64,000 nucleotides of DNA from the human T2T-CHM13v2.0 reference genome, Homo sapiens. Below, in pieces: positions 17,183 to 32,900 of this stretch; position 1 is the first letter of the stretch, and each line of letters starts with the position of its first letter. Made by a program: the position numbers and the translations under genes. The stretch lies in assembly GCF_009914755.1 (NCBI RefSeq), contig NC_060937.1, one strand, 5' to 3'. The notes under the pieces were generated by a model. It was not told the DNA's origin and did no database searches. It worked only from the letters and a program-made list of their open reading frames with translations.

Positions 17183-18844
17183 TCATAGTTCTTATTAAAA
17201 TACTATTTATGTTATTTCCAGTATGTGAGAATCCGCAATTACTTGGATGCTCCTGCACAGCGGTAGTGTTGATTATTTGGTAATTAGAGTTTGCCTGTTC
17301 TCTCAAAGCAAAGTTTCTGCAGTTAAGCATGACTGGTTCCCCATTAGAGGGCAGAGAATGCACTCAACATTCTATTTTCTAAGGACAGGAACTGCCAGTC
17401 TATTGTGAAATTCAGTCAAAAGTAAAAAGTAAAAAACAATATCAAAAATTATTACTTAATTATATGTCAGAAATTCTGAACTTATTTGGTGATTTCTGAC
17501 AGACTTCCCTACAATAGGCAGGAATTGGAATCAATTATCTATGTTCACTTCTAAATGTAGCATGATGACACAAGCATCAAATATTTTGGCAAATGAATGA
17601 AGTTTTGCTTTAAAAATGGACTATTATAAGCTGGGCAGTAGCCATGAGCCTCATTATTTTCTCTTACAAAGTAATTCATGATAGTTTACAGGGATTTTGC
17701 TTGAATGTTTAAGCCTATGATTATGTTTAATAAAATAGATAGGTAGATAGAAAAAAATAAATTAGCAAGCTCTCTAATCACAGTGAAAAGTTCCTGTATT
17801 TTATTAAGCACGTCTAAAATTTAGTGTTATTTCGGCAAAAATTAAAGTACTGACTCAAACTTTCAAATAATCTTTTTTTATTAAATAGTTCAAAACATGA
17901 GGCATTCTAATGTATAGGTTTTTATACATACTTTAGAGTTTGGAGATTTTAAATTAGAGCGTAAAATTTCAGGAAATAGTAAAAAGTTCATAGCTTTGAA
18001 ATTGGCTTTATGAAATGTTCCTGAAAATGATATTCTACTGTAATTTACAACAAGCTTTAATCTTAAAAAAATTGTAACTGGCCACCTGGGGGACTTAATG
18101 GTTTCATAGAAATAGCACTAAAGGAGGATCCAAAATTAAATACAACTATTCTAAGGTGTATTCTCCCATTTAGTTTGTAATTGTGTGAAAGAAATTTGAC
18201 CCCTTTGAGACTCAATCTATTAAACATATATTGTAAGAATGTATTTTAATAATAAGGTTATTTTCAGTCTGTCAATATATAATTGGAATTTGTTCTTATC
18301 TTACACTGCCAATGTTATTCAACTTTTCTATTCATATTCTAGCTACTATAATAGTCCACATTAAACTTTGATGTAAAAATGTCTAAGATCAAGATATATT
18401 AAGGGAATGTGAACATAGCCAAACCCAGGCAGTAGTTGGTCTTTGATCAAATGCTATAATTTATATAATATAAAATATCAACATACCAAGATATGATTAA
18501 ACTCTTAAGAAGCAGTTGTTTGAAATATGTCATTCAGATTTTTGCCTAACTTTTAACATAGTTTTCATTTGTCACTTCTTTCTATGTGAGTCATCATATA
18601 CAATGAAGAGGCAGAAATTATATTTATTTTTACCTAGAAAAAATAGTATTAACAGTTTTTAACTAGATGTTAAGTTAGTTAGATAGCTGAAAGGGTAAAT
18701 TTTGAAAAAGACTAAGGTGTTCCTTAGGACTGGGGGAACAAAATGAAAAGGTTAAGATGATTAAAATTTTGAATCTTGGAGGAGGGGTCTTGAAGAACTG
18801 AAAGTAAGATCTCTGAAGCTCTGAGTCTTTTCTAAAGGGCGCTT

Positions 18845-19361
18845 CATGGGTCTGGCACCCAGACCTTTTGGATGTTCCTTCTGTAGAGAGTTGGGATCTA
18901 TGTCTTCTTCCTCTGAATCATTATTAGACCCCTTACCAACAGGATGCCCTACCAGGATGCCCTGCAAGTGATGCTGTGTAATTTCTGAAATTCTGCTTTC
19001 CTTTGGGTCTTTAGAACACTTTTTGCTGGGGAAATCACTTGCCATATAAAGAGTCTGTCCACTCTACATTGCCATGCTGAAGAGGCCACTTATATACACT
19101 TCTGTGGGTAGTTCAGTTGATCTCCCAGTTAACAGCCAGCAGCTATGCTAGCAATGGGCATAATTATGGCATGAGATGATTGCATGATTGCAGCCTTAGC
19201 CAACATCTGACTGCCATTGCAGAGGGGAACCCAAATGAGCACTGCCTAGTCAAGCCCACACTGTGTCCCTGACCTGCAAATTTGTGTTCTAAAAAAAAAA
19301 GGGATGTTTTATGTCACTCCAGTTTGGGATAATTTATTATACAGCAATAGTAATGGGAGCA
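18845..19361 (+). mobile_element. MLT1G/H-like solo LTR
   Basis: gagagttgggatctatgtcttcttcctctgaatc.., gcagccttagccaacatctgactgc, and an end reading atacagcaatagtaatgggagca. Confidence 0.6.
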
Positions 19362-19399
19362 GAATGCAGCAGTAGGCAGACAGAAAGGTACAATTTCCT

Positions 19400-19573
19400 T
19401 CTTTTTTATCCAGCCCTGTAGTCTCTCTCCAATGGCCCTGGTTAGCAGTACCTAGCTGGGTGCTAGCTGGCAAAGCAGAAATGTGTTTTGCAGAGTTTTA
19501 GGCTCTGCATCACAAAGCATAGTAAGAAACAATTGATTCAGAACAGAGAAACAATAGCTTAATAAATGGCATA
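19400..19573 (-). mobile_element. Ancient ERVL-class LTR fragment (family uncertain)
   Basis: ggcaaagcagaaatgtg.tttgcagagt..gcatcacaaagca..gagaaacaatagcttaataaatggca resembles an old LTR terminus. Confidence 0.35.
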
Positions 19574-20108
19574 TGATATTTATATAAAGGATGAAAATCA
19601 TTCCAGTCTAAAATTAAAAATTTAATTATACTTAATAATATTTACAATAATATTGTAGGTGTTTGGAAATAACGTCAAAGCAGTAAACTAGGACAAGGTT
19701 TTGGAAAATGGCACATGGATTAATATTAAGTGGAACTAATCTGCTTGATGGAATCAGTATACATTAAGACCTACTCATCTCCAAAATTAATCTGCATCTC
19801 TATTACCATTATCATGAATAATAATTAATTATTAGAACAGCTTTCAGATAAACTCATATTGTCATTAGAAAAACTAACACACATTTAGCCTTTATTGTGT
19901 CACTCTTAGTAATCAGGACACATTAGCAATATAACTACTGGAGTTAAAAAGAAAAAAATAGAAAAAATCTGAATCAGGACAGATTACATTTCAATTTTGC
20001 CATCCTCTACGTAGATGGGACATACTGTAGTGTGTTTTCCCTGCATATTTTAAGTTGCCTTACTGTAAACTAAATAATCATTACTACTACTAATACTATT
20101 GTTATTCA

Positions 20109-20327
<219 letters not shown>

Positions 20328-20360
20328 CTATTAGTAGTAGCAGTAATAACAGTTGCAACT

Positions 20361-22808
20361 TGTGAAAATGAGTTCTGACAAGATCTGATGGTTTTATAAG
20401 TGTTTAACTGTTCCTCCTTCCCTCGCTCTGTCTCTCTCACCTGCCACCATGTAAGATGTGCCTGCTTCCCCTTCTGCCATGACTGTAAGTTTCCTGAAGC
20501 CTCCCCAGCCATGTGGAACTGTGAGTCAATTCAACCTCTTTCCTTTGTAAATTACCCAGTCTCAGGTATGTCTTTATAGCTGTGTGAAAACGGACTAATA
20601 CAGCAAATTGGTACTGCAGAGAGTGGGGTACTGCTATAAAGATAACCTGAAAATGTGGAAGTGACTTTAGAACTGGGTAACAGGCAGAGGTTGGAACAGT
20701 TTGGAGGGCTCAGAAGAAGCCAGGAAGATGAGGGAGTTTGGAACTTCCTAGAGATGTTGAATGGTTTTGACCAAAATGCTGAAAATGATGTGGACGATAA
20801 GGTCCTCGTTGAGGTGGTCACAGATGGAGATGAGAAACTTCTTGGAAACTGGAGCAAAGGTCACTCTTGCTATGCTTTAACAAACAGCCTGGTGGCATTT
20901 TGCCCCTGCCCCAGAGATCTGTGGAACTTTGAACTTGAGAGAAATGGTCTGAAATTGGAACTTATGTTTAAAAGGGAGGCAGAGCTAAAAGTTTACAAAA
21001 TTTGCAGCCTGACCATGTGATAGTAAAAAAAACAACAACCCATATTATGGGGAGAAATTCAAGCCAGTGGCAGAAATTTTCATAAATAACAAGGTTATGC
21101 AAATTTGCATATGTAATGAGGCTATGGTATTAACCAAATGTTAATAGCCAAGACAATGGGAAAAAGTTCTCCAGGGCATGTCAGAAACCTTCAGAGATGC
21201 CTCTCCCATCATAGCCCCAGAGGCCTAGGAGAAAAATATGGTTTCCTGTGCTGGGTCTAGGGTCCCGCTCCTCTGTGTATCCTCCAGACTTGGTGCCCTG
21301 CATCCCAGCTGTTTCAGCTCCAGCCATGGCTAAAATGGGCCAAGGTACAGCTCAGGCTGTTGCTTCAGAGGGTGCAAACCCCAAGCCTTGGTGGCTTCCA
21401 TGTGGTGTTGGGCCTGTGGATGTACAGAAGTCAAGAATTGAGGTTCGGGAACCTCCATGTAGTTTCAGAGGATGTATGGAAATGCTCCGATGTCCAGACC
21501 GAAGTCTGCTGCAAGGGCAGAGCCTTCATGGAGAGCCTCTGCTAGGGCAGTACAGAAGGGAAATGTGGGGTTGGAGACCCCACACAGCGTCCCCAGTGGG
21601 GCACTGCCTAGTGAAATTGTGAGAAGAGGGCCACTGTCCTCCATACCCCAGAATAATAGATCCATCAACAGCTTGAATGGTTCATCTGGAAAAGCCACAG
21701 GCACTCATGGCCAACCCATGAAGGAGCTGCCCACGGCTTTGGGAGCCCACCCCTTGCATCAGTGTGCCCTGCATGTGAGACATGGAGTCAAAGGAGATAA
21801 TTTTGAAGCTTTAAGATTTAATGACTGCTCCACTGGATTTTGGACTTGCATGGGGCCTGTGGCCACTTTGTTTTGACCAATTTCACCCATCTGGGATGGG
21901 AATAGTTACCCAGTGCCTGCACCCCTACTGTGGCTTGAAAGTAACTAACTTGTCTTTATTGTATAGGCTCATAGGCGAAAGGGACTTGCCTTGTCTCAGA
22001 TGAGACTTCGGACTTGGATTTTTGAATTAATGCTGGATTGACTTAAGAATTTGGGGGACTGTTAGAAAGGCATGATTGGTTTGAATTGCGAAAAGAGGTG
22101 AGATTTGAGAGGGGCCAGGGCAGAATGATATGTTTTGGCTCTGTGTCCCCACCCAAAACTCATCTCAAATTGTAATCCCCATGTGTCGAGGGAAGGAGGT
22201 GATTGGATCATCGGGGCAGTTTCCCTCAGGCTGTTCTCATAATAGTGACTTCTCTTGGGATCTGATGGTTTCATAAGTGTTTGGAAGTTTCTCCTCATTC
22301 CTCTCTCTCCTGCCACCTTGTGAAAAAGGCGCTTGCTTCCCCTTTGCCTTCTACCATGATTGTAAGTTTCCCAATGCCTCCACAGTCATGTGGATCTATG
22401 AGTCAATTAAACCTCTTTCCAGCTAGGTGGGGTGGCTCACGCCTGTAATCCCAGTAGTTTGGGAAATGGAGGCAGGAGGATCACCCGAGGTCAGGAGTTC
22501 GAGACCAGCCTGGCCAACATGATGAAATACCGTCTCTACTAAAAACATAAAAATTAGCCGGGCATGGTGGTACGCACCTGTTATCTCAGCTATGAGGGAG
22601 GCTGAAGCTAGAGAATCGTTTGAACCTGGGAGGCAGAGCTTGTGGTCAGCTGAGATCAGGCCACTGCACTCCAGCCTGGGTGACAGAGCAAGACTCTGTC
22701 ACACACACACACACACAAATAATAAAATAAAATAAAATAAACTCTTTCATTTATAAATTACCCAATCTTGGGTATGTCTTTATAGCAGTGTGAAAATGGA
22801 CTAATACA
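20361..22808 (+). mobile_element. THE1D-type MaLR provirus: truncated 5'LTR about 20361-20602, internal 20603-22125, 3'LTR 22126-22808 (Alu-interrupted)
   Basis: LTR ends GGACTAATACA at 20602 and 22808; 3'LTR starts TGATATG; internal ORF relic (VEVVTDGDEKLLGNWSKGHSCYAL..AFCPCPRDLWNFELER). The 5'LTR lacks its first about 115-120 bp. Confidence 0.92.
22421..22738 (+). mobile_element. AluSx-like nested in the THE1D 3'LTR
   Basis: GAGGTCAGGAGTTCGAGACCAGCCTGGCCAAC; (CA)n/(AAAAT)n tail; TSD AAACCTCTTTCC / AAACTCTTTCA. Confidence 0.92.
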
Positions 22809-23199
22809 ATACTCAATAGCAAAATAAAGAAATAAAGCATAATAAAAAAATAAAAAAAAAGACATACATGTCAGAAGTGTTATCACAGTAGCTTGATTGG
22901 GAAACATAATGGAATTTGAATTCAGATTTATTTAACACACAGAAGCACTTCTGTCTGCTATAAACTGACGTGTTAACACAATTACCCATGACTTCAAAAA
23001 TATGGATTAAATCATACAAAAAAAAATCCTATAACTCTGCAAACTATTGAGGAAAGTCTATACTTTATAATTTTTAACATGCCTTAAACATTCTAGGAAA
23101 ATTATTCTGTAAAGTGCTCTTTTTATGCTGTGAATTTCATGTTATCTTGATTAGTAACACAAAGAAGTCCTGCTGATTAACTGTTATTATTTCAGTTTT

Positions 23200-23320
23200 G
23201 TGTCAAGAAAAATGAAGTCTCATCAAGCTTAGAAAAGTCCCCAAAGCTACTCATCTAAGCACGAGAGAGTGACAGAGTTAGAAACCCAGAAGTTTGATAC
23301 CAGAAACCATGTTTTTATAT
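23200..23320 (-). mobile_element. MIR fragment
   Basis: aagaaaaatgaagtctca..cccaaagctactcatcta..gtgacagagttagaaacccag..tgataccagaaaccatg. Confidence 0.45.
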
Positions 23321-25475
23321 TTCACTTTGCTTCCTAGTAGGTGTTGGGAGTTGCAGAATCTATTTAAATGGAATCCTGGTTTGTGATTAGATCTCTCTGC
23401 TCTCATCAGTCCTAGAGGATCACTTTGAAATAATTAATAGATAAAGCATTCATGAGTTTTTCTTCTATAACCATTAATAGATTTTGAACCCAATCTAGAT
23501 ACCTTAAAGGATCTTCAAAGCAAAAAGAATTTTCAAAACAAATAAACTTTTAGAAAGTTAATAGTTATAATAGTTACAAGCAGTAAAGGCCTTCCCCAAA
23601 TCATGGACTATGAGGCTATGACCTGAATATATGAAGTCCAACTTGGTAAGAGCTTGCCAAGTGGTGTAAACTGCCTAAGAAAACAAAGGGCTACATAACT
23701 GGAGCTACCTAAATTATGACCATTAATTCCATAGATCATAATCATTTTATAGGAAGTATCATTTATAAATTTCAATTTTATTTAGGTAGCTTAATGTGGT
23801 TGCACATTTAACATCCAGTATTAAAGTTCTATATTTATAGCTCAAAGTATTATACAAAGTTCTACATCTTCCCAAGAAAAGACTTGTCAAAAATAAAATC
23901 ACTAACATTTGCCAATTTTTACATTTTTCAAGATTCTGAGAGTAGGGTAAGTGAGGAATTCACCAGAGTGAAGTATCCACCAATCTCAGTTGATGATAGA
24001 CAACATGATACTATTTATTTGTTTGCTTGTTTTATTATGTCTTGCTTTGTTTGAGGCCAAAAAAATGGGAATATGCAAATTAAAATAAATAACAAACATC
24101 AGGCTGAAAGTTTTCCTGGCCACCAAAAGAAAATTAAAAAGTTGGGACATGATTATTTATTATTTCTAACAGAGAGAATAAAATGAGTTCCTTAAAGGAA
24201 ACAAAACCCTTAGTACTAAGCTGTTAAAAGCATTAAAAACAATTTCTCATGTGGAGCTGCACTTAGCAAGCACAAAGTGACATGGAAGTAAATACACGCA
24301 TATATCATTTCATTAATGATAGCATTAATTAACGATATAAAGAAATTAACGAGATAGCCAGTACCATTTAATAAATTGATGTTTGCAGAAGGCATGAAAC
24401 CCCTGTATCAGGGACAAATAAATTTACTACTCTAGCACAGTAAAAAGCATAGGCTTCATCGTATGTCCATCAGATGCCCTTGCCACCCAAACTCACAGGG
24501 CAACATAGATCTCAAATATTTGCTGATTTGGGGCTATCCTGTGCACCTATGTTCTCCTTGCCTTCAATAATCCACTGGCGTCAGAAGGCAACTGAGCAGG
24601 TGTTTTAATTTATATCTTTTGAGAAAAATAGTCATGCTTAGAAATTTGCCTCAAACAGCACTAAAAATAAAAGCAATGGAATGTCTAATTACTTTTAAGC
24701 TTTGTACTAATTTAAGGACTTGTTAAATTCTATTGCATCGTTTACTCCTAGGTTTTGGTTCACTATTTAATTTTGTTTATGTATTTCCTCTTTATGGGTT
24801 GGAAATATGTGCTGTGAATACTAACAATGTTCTGTGAACATATTTCCAAGTTAAATCGGATTCTTTCTGCTACTAGCTGTGCCACATATTGCTGCAATGT
24901 AGTTGACATCATTGTGAAACAAAATGAAACCTAGAGCAGAATATTTCCATAGCTGTCTTTGACCAAGTGTTTATTTGCAAACTATTGTTGAATTATCAAA
25001 ATTTCAAAAAATTAGCTTTCTTTTTGCAATTTAAATCCATTCATGCAGCATATCATATTTATACTAGTAATTGCAATTACCATTGATAATAAGATTTTGT
25101 CAGAAAAACTCTTGTGAGGTTATGCATCGAGTGAAAACTATGTAGAGGAAGGCCTGTTGAAAGAGCTCTAGCAAAATAGTTATTGGACTCTTCAGCAGCT
25201 GCCATAAAGTGAAACATATTTATTTCTGTGTGCCAAGAATCCACTTAAGATATGTAAGTCCTATTATATATAGAACATTAGCATGTATTTTAAATAGAGT
25301 GTGGTAATTCATAAAAGTCATTGCAGGAAGAAACATGAAATCTCAAATATGTTTGTTCATGCCACACCAGGTAACTTAGTTACTAAACAACAAACAACTG
25401 CAACAGCTTATTATCCCTAAGGGAAGGTATACAATGTTGACAGATGTTCCTTTTACTTAAACCGAGTTAAATGTA

Positions 25476-25947
<472 letters not shown>

Positions 25948-27002
25948 TCATTTGCAATAATGATAGTAACATATTTGATATGATAGTCTCATATAACATT
26001 GTATCGCTTATGTCTGCTTTAACTGAGGAGCAGATAAATATATAATGTTAAATGAAACAGGGCTGAAAAAATAACATATTATGTTCATAGAATTAGATGA
26101 CGGTTTTTATTTATTAAGTTTGATCATAGCATAATCGAGTAAAAACTTTTAGCCATTTGGAAATTTGTTATTCACTTTATGTAAACATAGCGTAAATAAC
26201 TAAAGTGAACAAAATAATGTATTTAGTTTTTTTGTGGTTTATGTAAGTTAGATTTACAACTTTTATTTTTTCCATAAGTAAGGAAACAAAGAGTTACAAA
26301 TTTTCTTAAGAGAATAAAAAAAAAAAGAAAAAAGACAGTGTTCATTTTATTCTATCATTTAGTTGTATTTGATTAATATTTTCCTTTCACTATAAACATA
26401 TATTAAAATTATACCTTTCATCAGCAAATTAATATTTAATGCCACAGTTTCATAATATTGTTCTGATGTTTAAGGTATAAAGAAGAAATATGGACCACAC
26501 TCACAGTGAAATTATAACATATGATTTTCCAAAAACCTGTAAGCCAGAGTCTGTCACTACAGTCTCCTAGACTCTTTATTAATGCATATATTTGATTAGT
26601 CCGTAGACACTTTTTTCCTGAAAGTAATCTGCATTATTCCTAAACTAGTATTCTGCCTGACCCCTTAAATGCTGGATCTGCGGATGATGCTGAACCTGTA
26701 TATACTGGCTCCATCTTAAAGGTTGTTAAAGTCAGTGCCTGCCCTGGTTGGGCAAGATGTTGTTAAATCCTTCAAATATTTCCCTATTGCTTCTATGTAG
26801 TCAAGATAATGAAGTGGTTGATTGATCATTTCAGATGATGTATTGAAAAATACTGAATGCTTTTTGAACATTATAATAAATGTAGAAAAATAATGATCAT
26901 AAATTATTAATGGCTATAATGAGAGGAAGAATATTGCTCTATTAGAAGTACAAGTGTAGTGTTGACTATGTCTGCCTTTGTTCATTTAAAAATTTCATTA
27001 CA

Positions 27003-27305
<303 letters not shown>

Positions 27306-27607
27306 TCATTATATTTTGAACCATGCCAGACTATATATGAATGATAAAATTTTTATATGATTATTAAGAATTATTTTTACTTACATATTATATAAATTCA
27401 TTTTCTAAATTCAAATTGCTATATATCCCAATTATTAAATCTTTATAAGATGATGAGCTTAAACAAAGAATATTCCCAAGGAATTCTAAAGAATGTAAAT
27501 TTGTAATAGATAATATCATAGTGTCACTGCCAAGAAAAATGTTCAAGTCTGAGTGCCTCTGGAAATTCTCCTTTAAGATATTCAAACTAATAATGTTTAT
27601 TGTTTGA

Positions 27608-27977
<370 letters not shown>

Positions 27978-28805
27978 TGAGAAAGCATCATTGATCATCT
28001 GCGACATTAAAACATAAACCTAAAAACCATTTGGCTTTTCAATATCCTCTATTTTTGCACATTTTGACTTCCAGAAAATTTTCAGAAAACATATTGCAAA
28101 ACTGAAAACAAAACCAACAAAAACTCCTATGTTCAGATAACTATTATAATTTTAAAATAAGTGTTATTTTTATTAAAATAATAAATGCTATTTGAAAAGT
28201 GTGAAGGAAAGATTATAAACAGATAAGTCAGCAACATACTGGAAGATGGAAAGCTTTTGTTAAATTGTAGCTGACGTTGAAGCATAAACATACCTACTTG
28301 TTTAATGGTGAACACAAATGAGAATGTGCCCGTTGTAAAGACAAGAATCCAGAAAGGCTCAGCAATTTCGGCACGAGTTACCCAAATCCCAGAGTATACG
28401 ACACATTGAAAATATGTGCATTTGATGTAGTGTATGTAAGGAGAAATTCTTTCTCTCAGATTTCACAGGCAGCTGCTTACTTTCTTTGCCTAAACAGAAT
28501 ATAGGAAGATCATGTTTGAGACAGAAAACAAAAGAGGCTTTATATCCAATAGCGCCAGGTAGGAATTGGAATGCAGGTGAATGTCATAACAAAAATTGAA
28601 TAAGTAAAAATCCACATACTGAATTACATTACATAAGCCATATTTTCCTACACGGATCACAGACTACTTGCAATCATTTTTGTGATCCTATTGTAAAAGA
28701 GAGAAAATTGCCCTATAAATAAATTATTCAATAAAGAAAAAGACATGGGCTCATGGAAGCAAGTGATATTACATAAGAGTAAAAGCCAAAGCTCTGTTTG
28801 CTAGT

Positions 28806-29941
28806 CCAGGCCAGCTGAAGGATGTCCCACCAGTGCAGTAGCACGGAGCAGAAACCCTGAACTCGGTTTAATGCCTTGCTAACTGCCTTTGAAATTCTTA
28901 ATAATTCTATATTTGACCTTTTGTAAGTGACACCCTATAGGACAATGAATGTCACATGTACATAAGGAGAAAATATATGTTTGCAATTCTGTAACATTCC
29001 ATTTGTATATAGCATTCTACATGCCTCAGGAGCACACAATTCTGGAGGTCACAAGATGCCCTGGAGTTTAGCAAGACCCCAAGCTGGTGCAAGGTAATTG
29101 TGTTGCATATATGATTAAGTGGGGCACTGACAGCCTGAGAAGCAACACATTCCTTTTGAACCAGAACTTGCTTTGAAAGCACATAAAATGCCACGCATGG
29201 TGTCTCACGCCTGTCATCCCAGCACTTTGGGACAAAGAGGCAAGAAGATTCCTTAAGGCCAAGAGTTTGAGACTAGCCTGGGCAATACGGTGGGGACACG
29301 CTCTCCATACACACCCCCCACCACCCCGCCAAAAAAAAAAAGCAAAAAAGCTAATCACATTCTAAGAAACAAGAATGACCAAGGAACTCTATCATATTCT
29401 TTATTTTTCATGTTACTTCCCCGTATTAGTAAATCACATGCAATTAAAAAAAATGATGACAAAGAAGGAAAGGGAAATGTCAGGTAGTCACAGCTTCTTT
29501 TCTTACTCATCAGTAAACCAGTAGTATACAGTGTTGGTAGAATGGGTTTACCAAGTGAAATAAGAATACATTAGGTAGTTTTGTGTAGTGCTTTCACACT
29601 TCTAAGAATGAGATTCATGCGAGTTTACAAATGATGCAATAAAATTTAAGTAATTTTGGTGATCCTTCACATGAGTTACAAGCTATTAAGAATGTATTTA
29701 AAATAGGCATTGCGTAATATAAAGATGAACAGTAAAAAATTGTGTTAATCTGATTTTTTAAACTTAGAAAAAAACACTTAAAAAGATACCATGACAATGA
29801 GAGAGAGAGAGATGAAACTGCAGAAAAAACAATGAAAGTTTTATATTTTAGTCCCATTATTGACAGTTTTTTCTTGCTTTTTGAAAGAGGGTTTTCATGT
29901 ATTCACTAGGTCCCGCAAGTTCTATGGCTGTGCAGGGTCTG
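28806..29941 (+). mobile_element. MER45B-like hAT-Tip100 DNA transposon, apparently complete, interrupted by a FLAM
   Basis: Left end ccaggccagct..cagtgcagtagcac..ggtttaatgc..ttgaaattcttaataatt; right end ttttcttgctttttgaa..cactaggtcccgcaa; 8-bp TSD TTGCTAGT/ATGCTAGT. Confidence 0.7.
29190..29349 (+). mobile_element. FLAM (free left Alu monomer)
   Basis: Single monomer (ctcacgcctgtcatcccagcactttggga..gagtttgagactagcctgggcaa) with an A tail. Confidence 0.8.
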
Positions 29942-32900
29942 ATGCTAGTTGATAGTGACCTAGGACTACAGCTGAGTCTGACGTGAAGCTCAACCTTTCT
30001 AAATCAGAATAGAAGAGCCAATGTAAAATTGCAAGGCTCTTTTTCCCAAAGGGAAGGGGGGAAAGAGAAGAAAGATCTGTAACCTGGTGCATTTGACTGT
30101 ATTGAGTTCTGTCAGAAAATACAGGCCTGGATTACTGACAGATATTTATTTTAAAAAATAAGTAGAAAAAGTCAATTTGAATATAGTTGTTAGAAAATGT
30201 TATACCAAGAGAAAAGGTAATCATGGTTTCCTACATTCTTGCTACAAAGAGTATTTGGAGAACCAGAGCACTGGCGTCATGTAAGATATTTTTGGAGATA
30301 TTTAGATAATCTTATCTCAAGTCATACTTAAGATCTACTAAATCAGAATCTTCAAAAGCATACCTGGGAAATCTTGCTAATGTGTAGATTCCAATTTAAA
30401 TTCTAGAAGTGTCTCCCAGAGCTACTACTCCAACTGAAAAGCTGCCAGGTGAGGCTGATGTTGCCATCCTGCCTTTAGCACTAATCAACATGTCTCTGCG
30501 GTTATCCAGATGTTCATAAATAAACACAGAAATGTAAACACCAAATATTGCCTTAACTAAACTCTGTAGCAAATAGTAAGTTAGAGAGAGGAAAAGGACA
30601 TGCTTGGGGAGGGGAATGGTAACAATGCTAATATATTTTTTAGCACAGGAAGATATTAGTAAATTATTTCTAAAATAGAAAAGAATACCTCCTTATATTA
30701 AGACCAATTATTGTATGAAATGCTAACACAGTCATCTTGAACAAGTAATTGAATTCAGTGTAAAAATTCAAAAATTACCCTCTCATTTTTTCATTAGACA
30801 TTAATTAAACAGAAGAATTTATGAAAGTTTACAGCATTAAAACATATGAAAAAAGAAAGAATTGCAAGTTAGTATGCATATACGTTTGAAAGTGGAATTT
30901 GCTTGCATCTTCTAGATTGAATTAAGATAATGGACACTTGTACAAAAATGCTCTGAATTTCAGATTTATCTGGAAAATAAGAGTCGGTGGAAATGCAAGC
31001 TGATTTTGCAAGCATATATATCAAGAAGACAATTGTATGTGACAATTATATATAAATAAAAGTTATACATGTATAAAACAAAATGTGAGTGTTGATATCC
31101 ATTTGTCCTGATAATAAAAGGACATACTTCAATATTATAAATATCCTCAGTTAAAAATATATTAAAATAAGTGCATAATATATCCATATATATTAACCGA
31201 GGATATTTATGATTTCATTTGAATAGAGTCAGATTACTTTGTGATTTTCATCAGAGTATTTTCATCAAAGTGTCATGTTTTTCTTCAAAGTATTTTCTAT
31301 TTTCCATTTGTCTTTATTGTAATGGGACAAAAAATTAAACTACTTTAACGAAAATATTGTCCTTTTTATTTTCAGTTCTCTGACTTCTCTATTCTATCCA
31401 AACGTGTGACTTCTTTTGCTTGGCAAGAGAATAAGCAAAATTGTAAGATGTTTTAAGACAAAGTTCTGTGTTGGTACAGTTCCAGATTTTGGTGAAGTTC
31501 CAGACATTTCAAATCATTTAAACAACAACAACAACAAAAACAACAATAACAAAAGCAGCAAAAATTCATATGGTCCAGAATGGGGCAATAAAACATTTCC
31601 TTTCAGCTTTGTTTGCTTTCTGCATCCATTAGCTAAATGCTTACCACACAAGAAGCACAATGCCTTTTCATCCTTTGTGCTAAGCAATGAAAGTAAAACC
31701 GAAAGATACACAATTTTCACCCCCACATTCTTTCTTTGACATTTTCTGCATTAAGCTGAGATGAATGTAAACAAAGGCAGATGTCCATAATCATAACGTC
31801 AAGATGTTTTCGTTAGTTCATCTCAAATGGAGATTATGCTACACATTCTAGTATGGGTATGATGAAAACTATGCATTCCTTACACACGCTCTGCAAAACG
31901 TGATGGGCCCCAAGATTCTTTGAAATGAGGCATTATCTTTACAATAAAACTTAAATAGTTTCACCAAAAGATTTTTCAAAATAAGAGATGAGATTTAATT
32001 TTTAAACATAAAATTTTGGTCTATTCATTGAATCTGCACATAATCTGACAATTTAAGCACCCAAAGACATATAGGTAAAGGTTATTCCCCAGTACTAATT
32101 ATATACAATACTTTGTGATATATAGTTATTTTGCATCCCCAATTAAATTTTAAAGACTTTCATATCCATGATTATGCTTTATGTCTTTAAATAGTTTTCA
32201 TGCTTTTATGAATCAACTTCCAGGAAAAAATATGATACTTTGTAAATTTGTATTTGTTGTTATTGTAGCTATTCATTTCCAGAAAAAAAATGATGATCTA
32301 ATGTTTAATGAGCATCTATTATCTCATATTCTGAGCCTTGCTTATAATTTTTTTCCAAATTATTATACTTAACTAATTACTTAGTTAATTATAGGATACT
32401 ACCCAGAGCAACCAGATATTACTGATATTCATTTCAGTGACTAGTAACGCAGCCTTCACTTTCCACCTGTGTGATAAGTAACCTCTTAGAGTCTATAGAA
32501 TTCCTGTACAAGAACTCTTGTAATTAAAACTGTAACTGGTTTAATATCTATGCCATGTCCTTTGTTGCAAGGTACCCTCTACAGCAACACTGCTTCACCA
32601 GACACCATTTATAGTCTACAAAGTGACACACATCTATCAAGTGTGAAGAAAGGTTTTCTGCAGAGCTGTGTCACACCTGATCACCTGTGCACTAAATAGC
32701 AAATTTATTCCAAGACCAGCAACGTGAAGCCATCTGACAACCTGAAGCCATCTGAGATACTGGAAAGAGCATCAGAAAATTCGAACAGAACTGCCATCCA
32801 AGTAGAAATCACTGGACCATACTATTCACCTAATTACTTCTATTTACTATTTCCGTCTCTATTTACTACTTAAAAGAAGTATGAGTTAAAAATGTAAAAT

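Noticed and set aside
23400-25400. TE-poor stretch with TAATTA and octamer motifs as a possible enhancer
   Set aside because: Such motifs are expected at this AT content, and conservation cannot be judged from one sequence.
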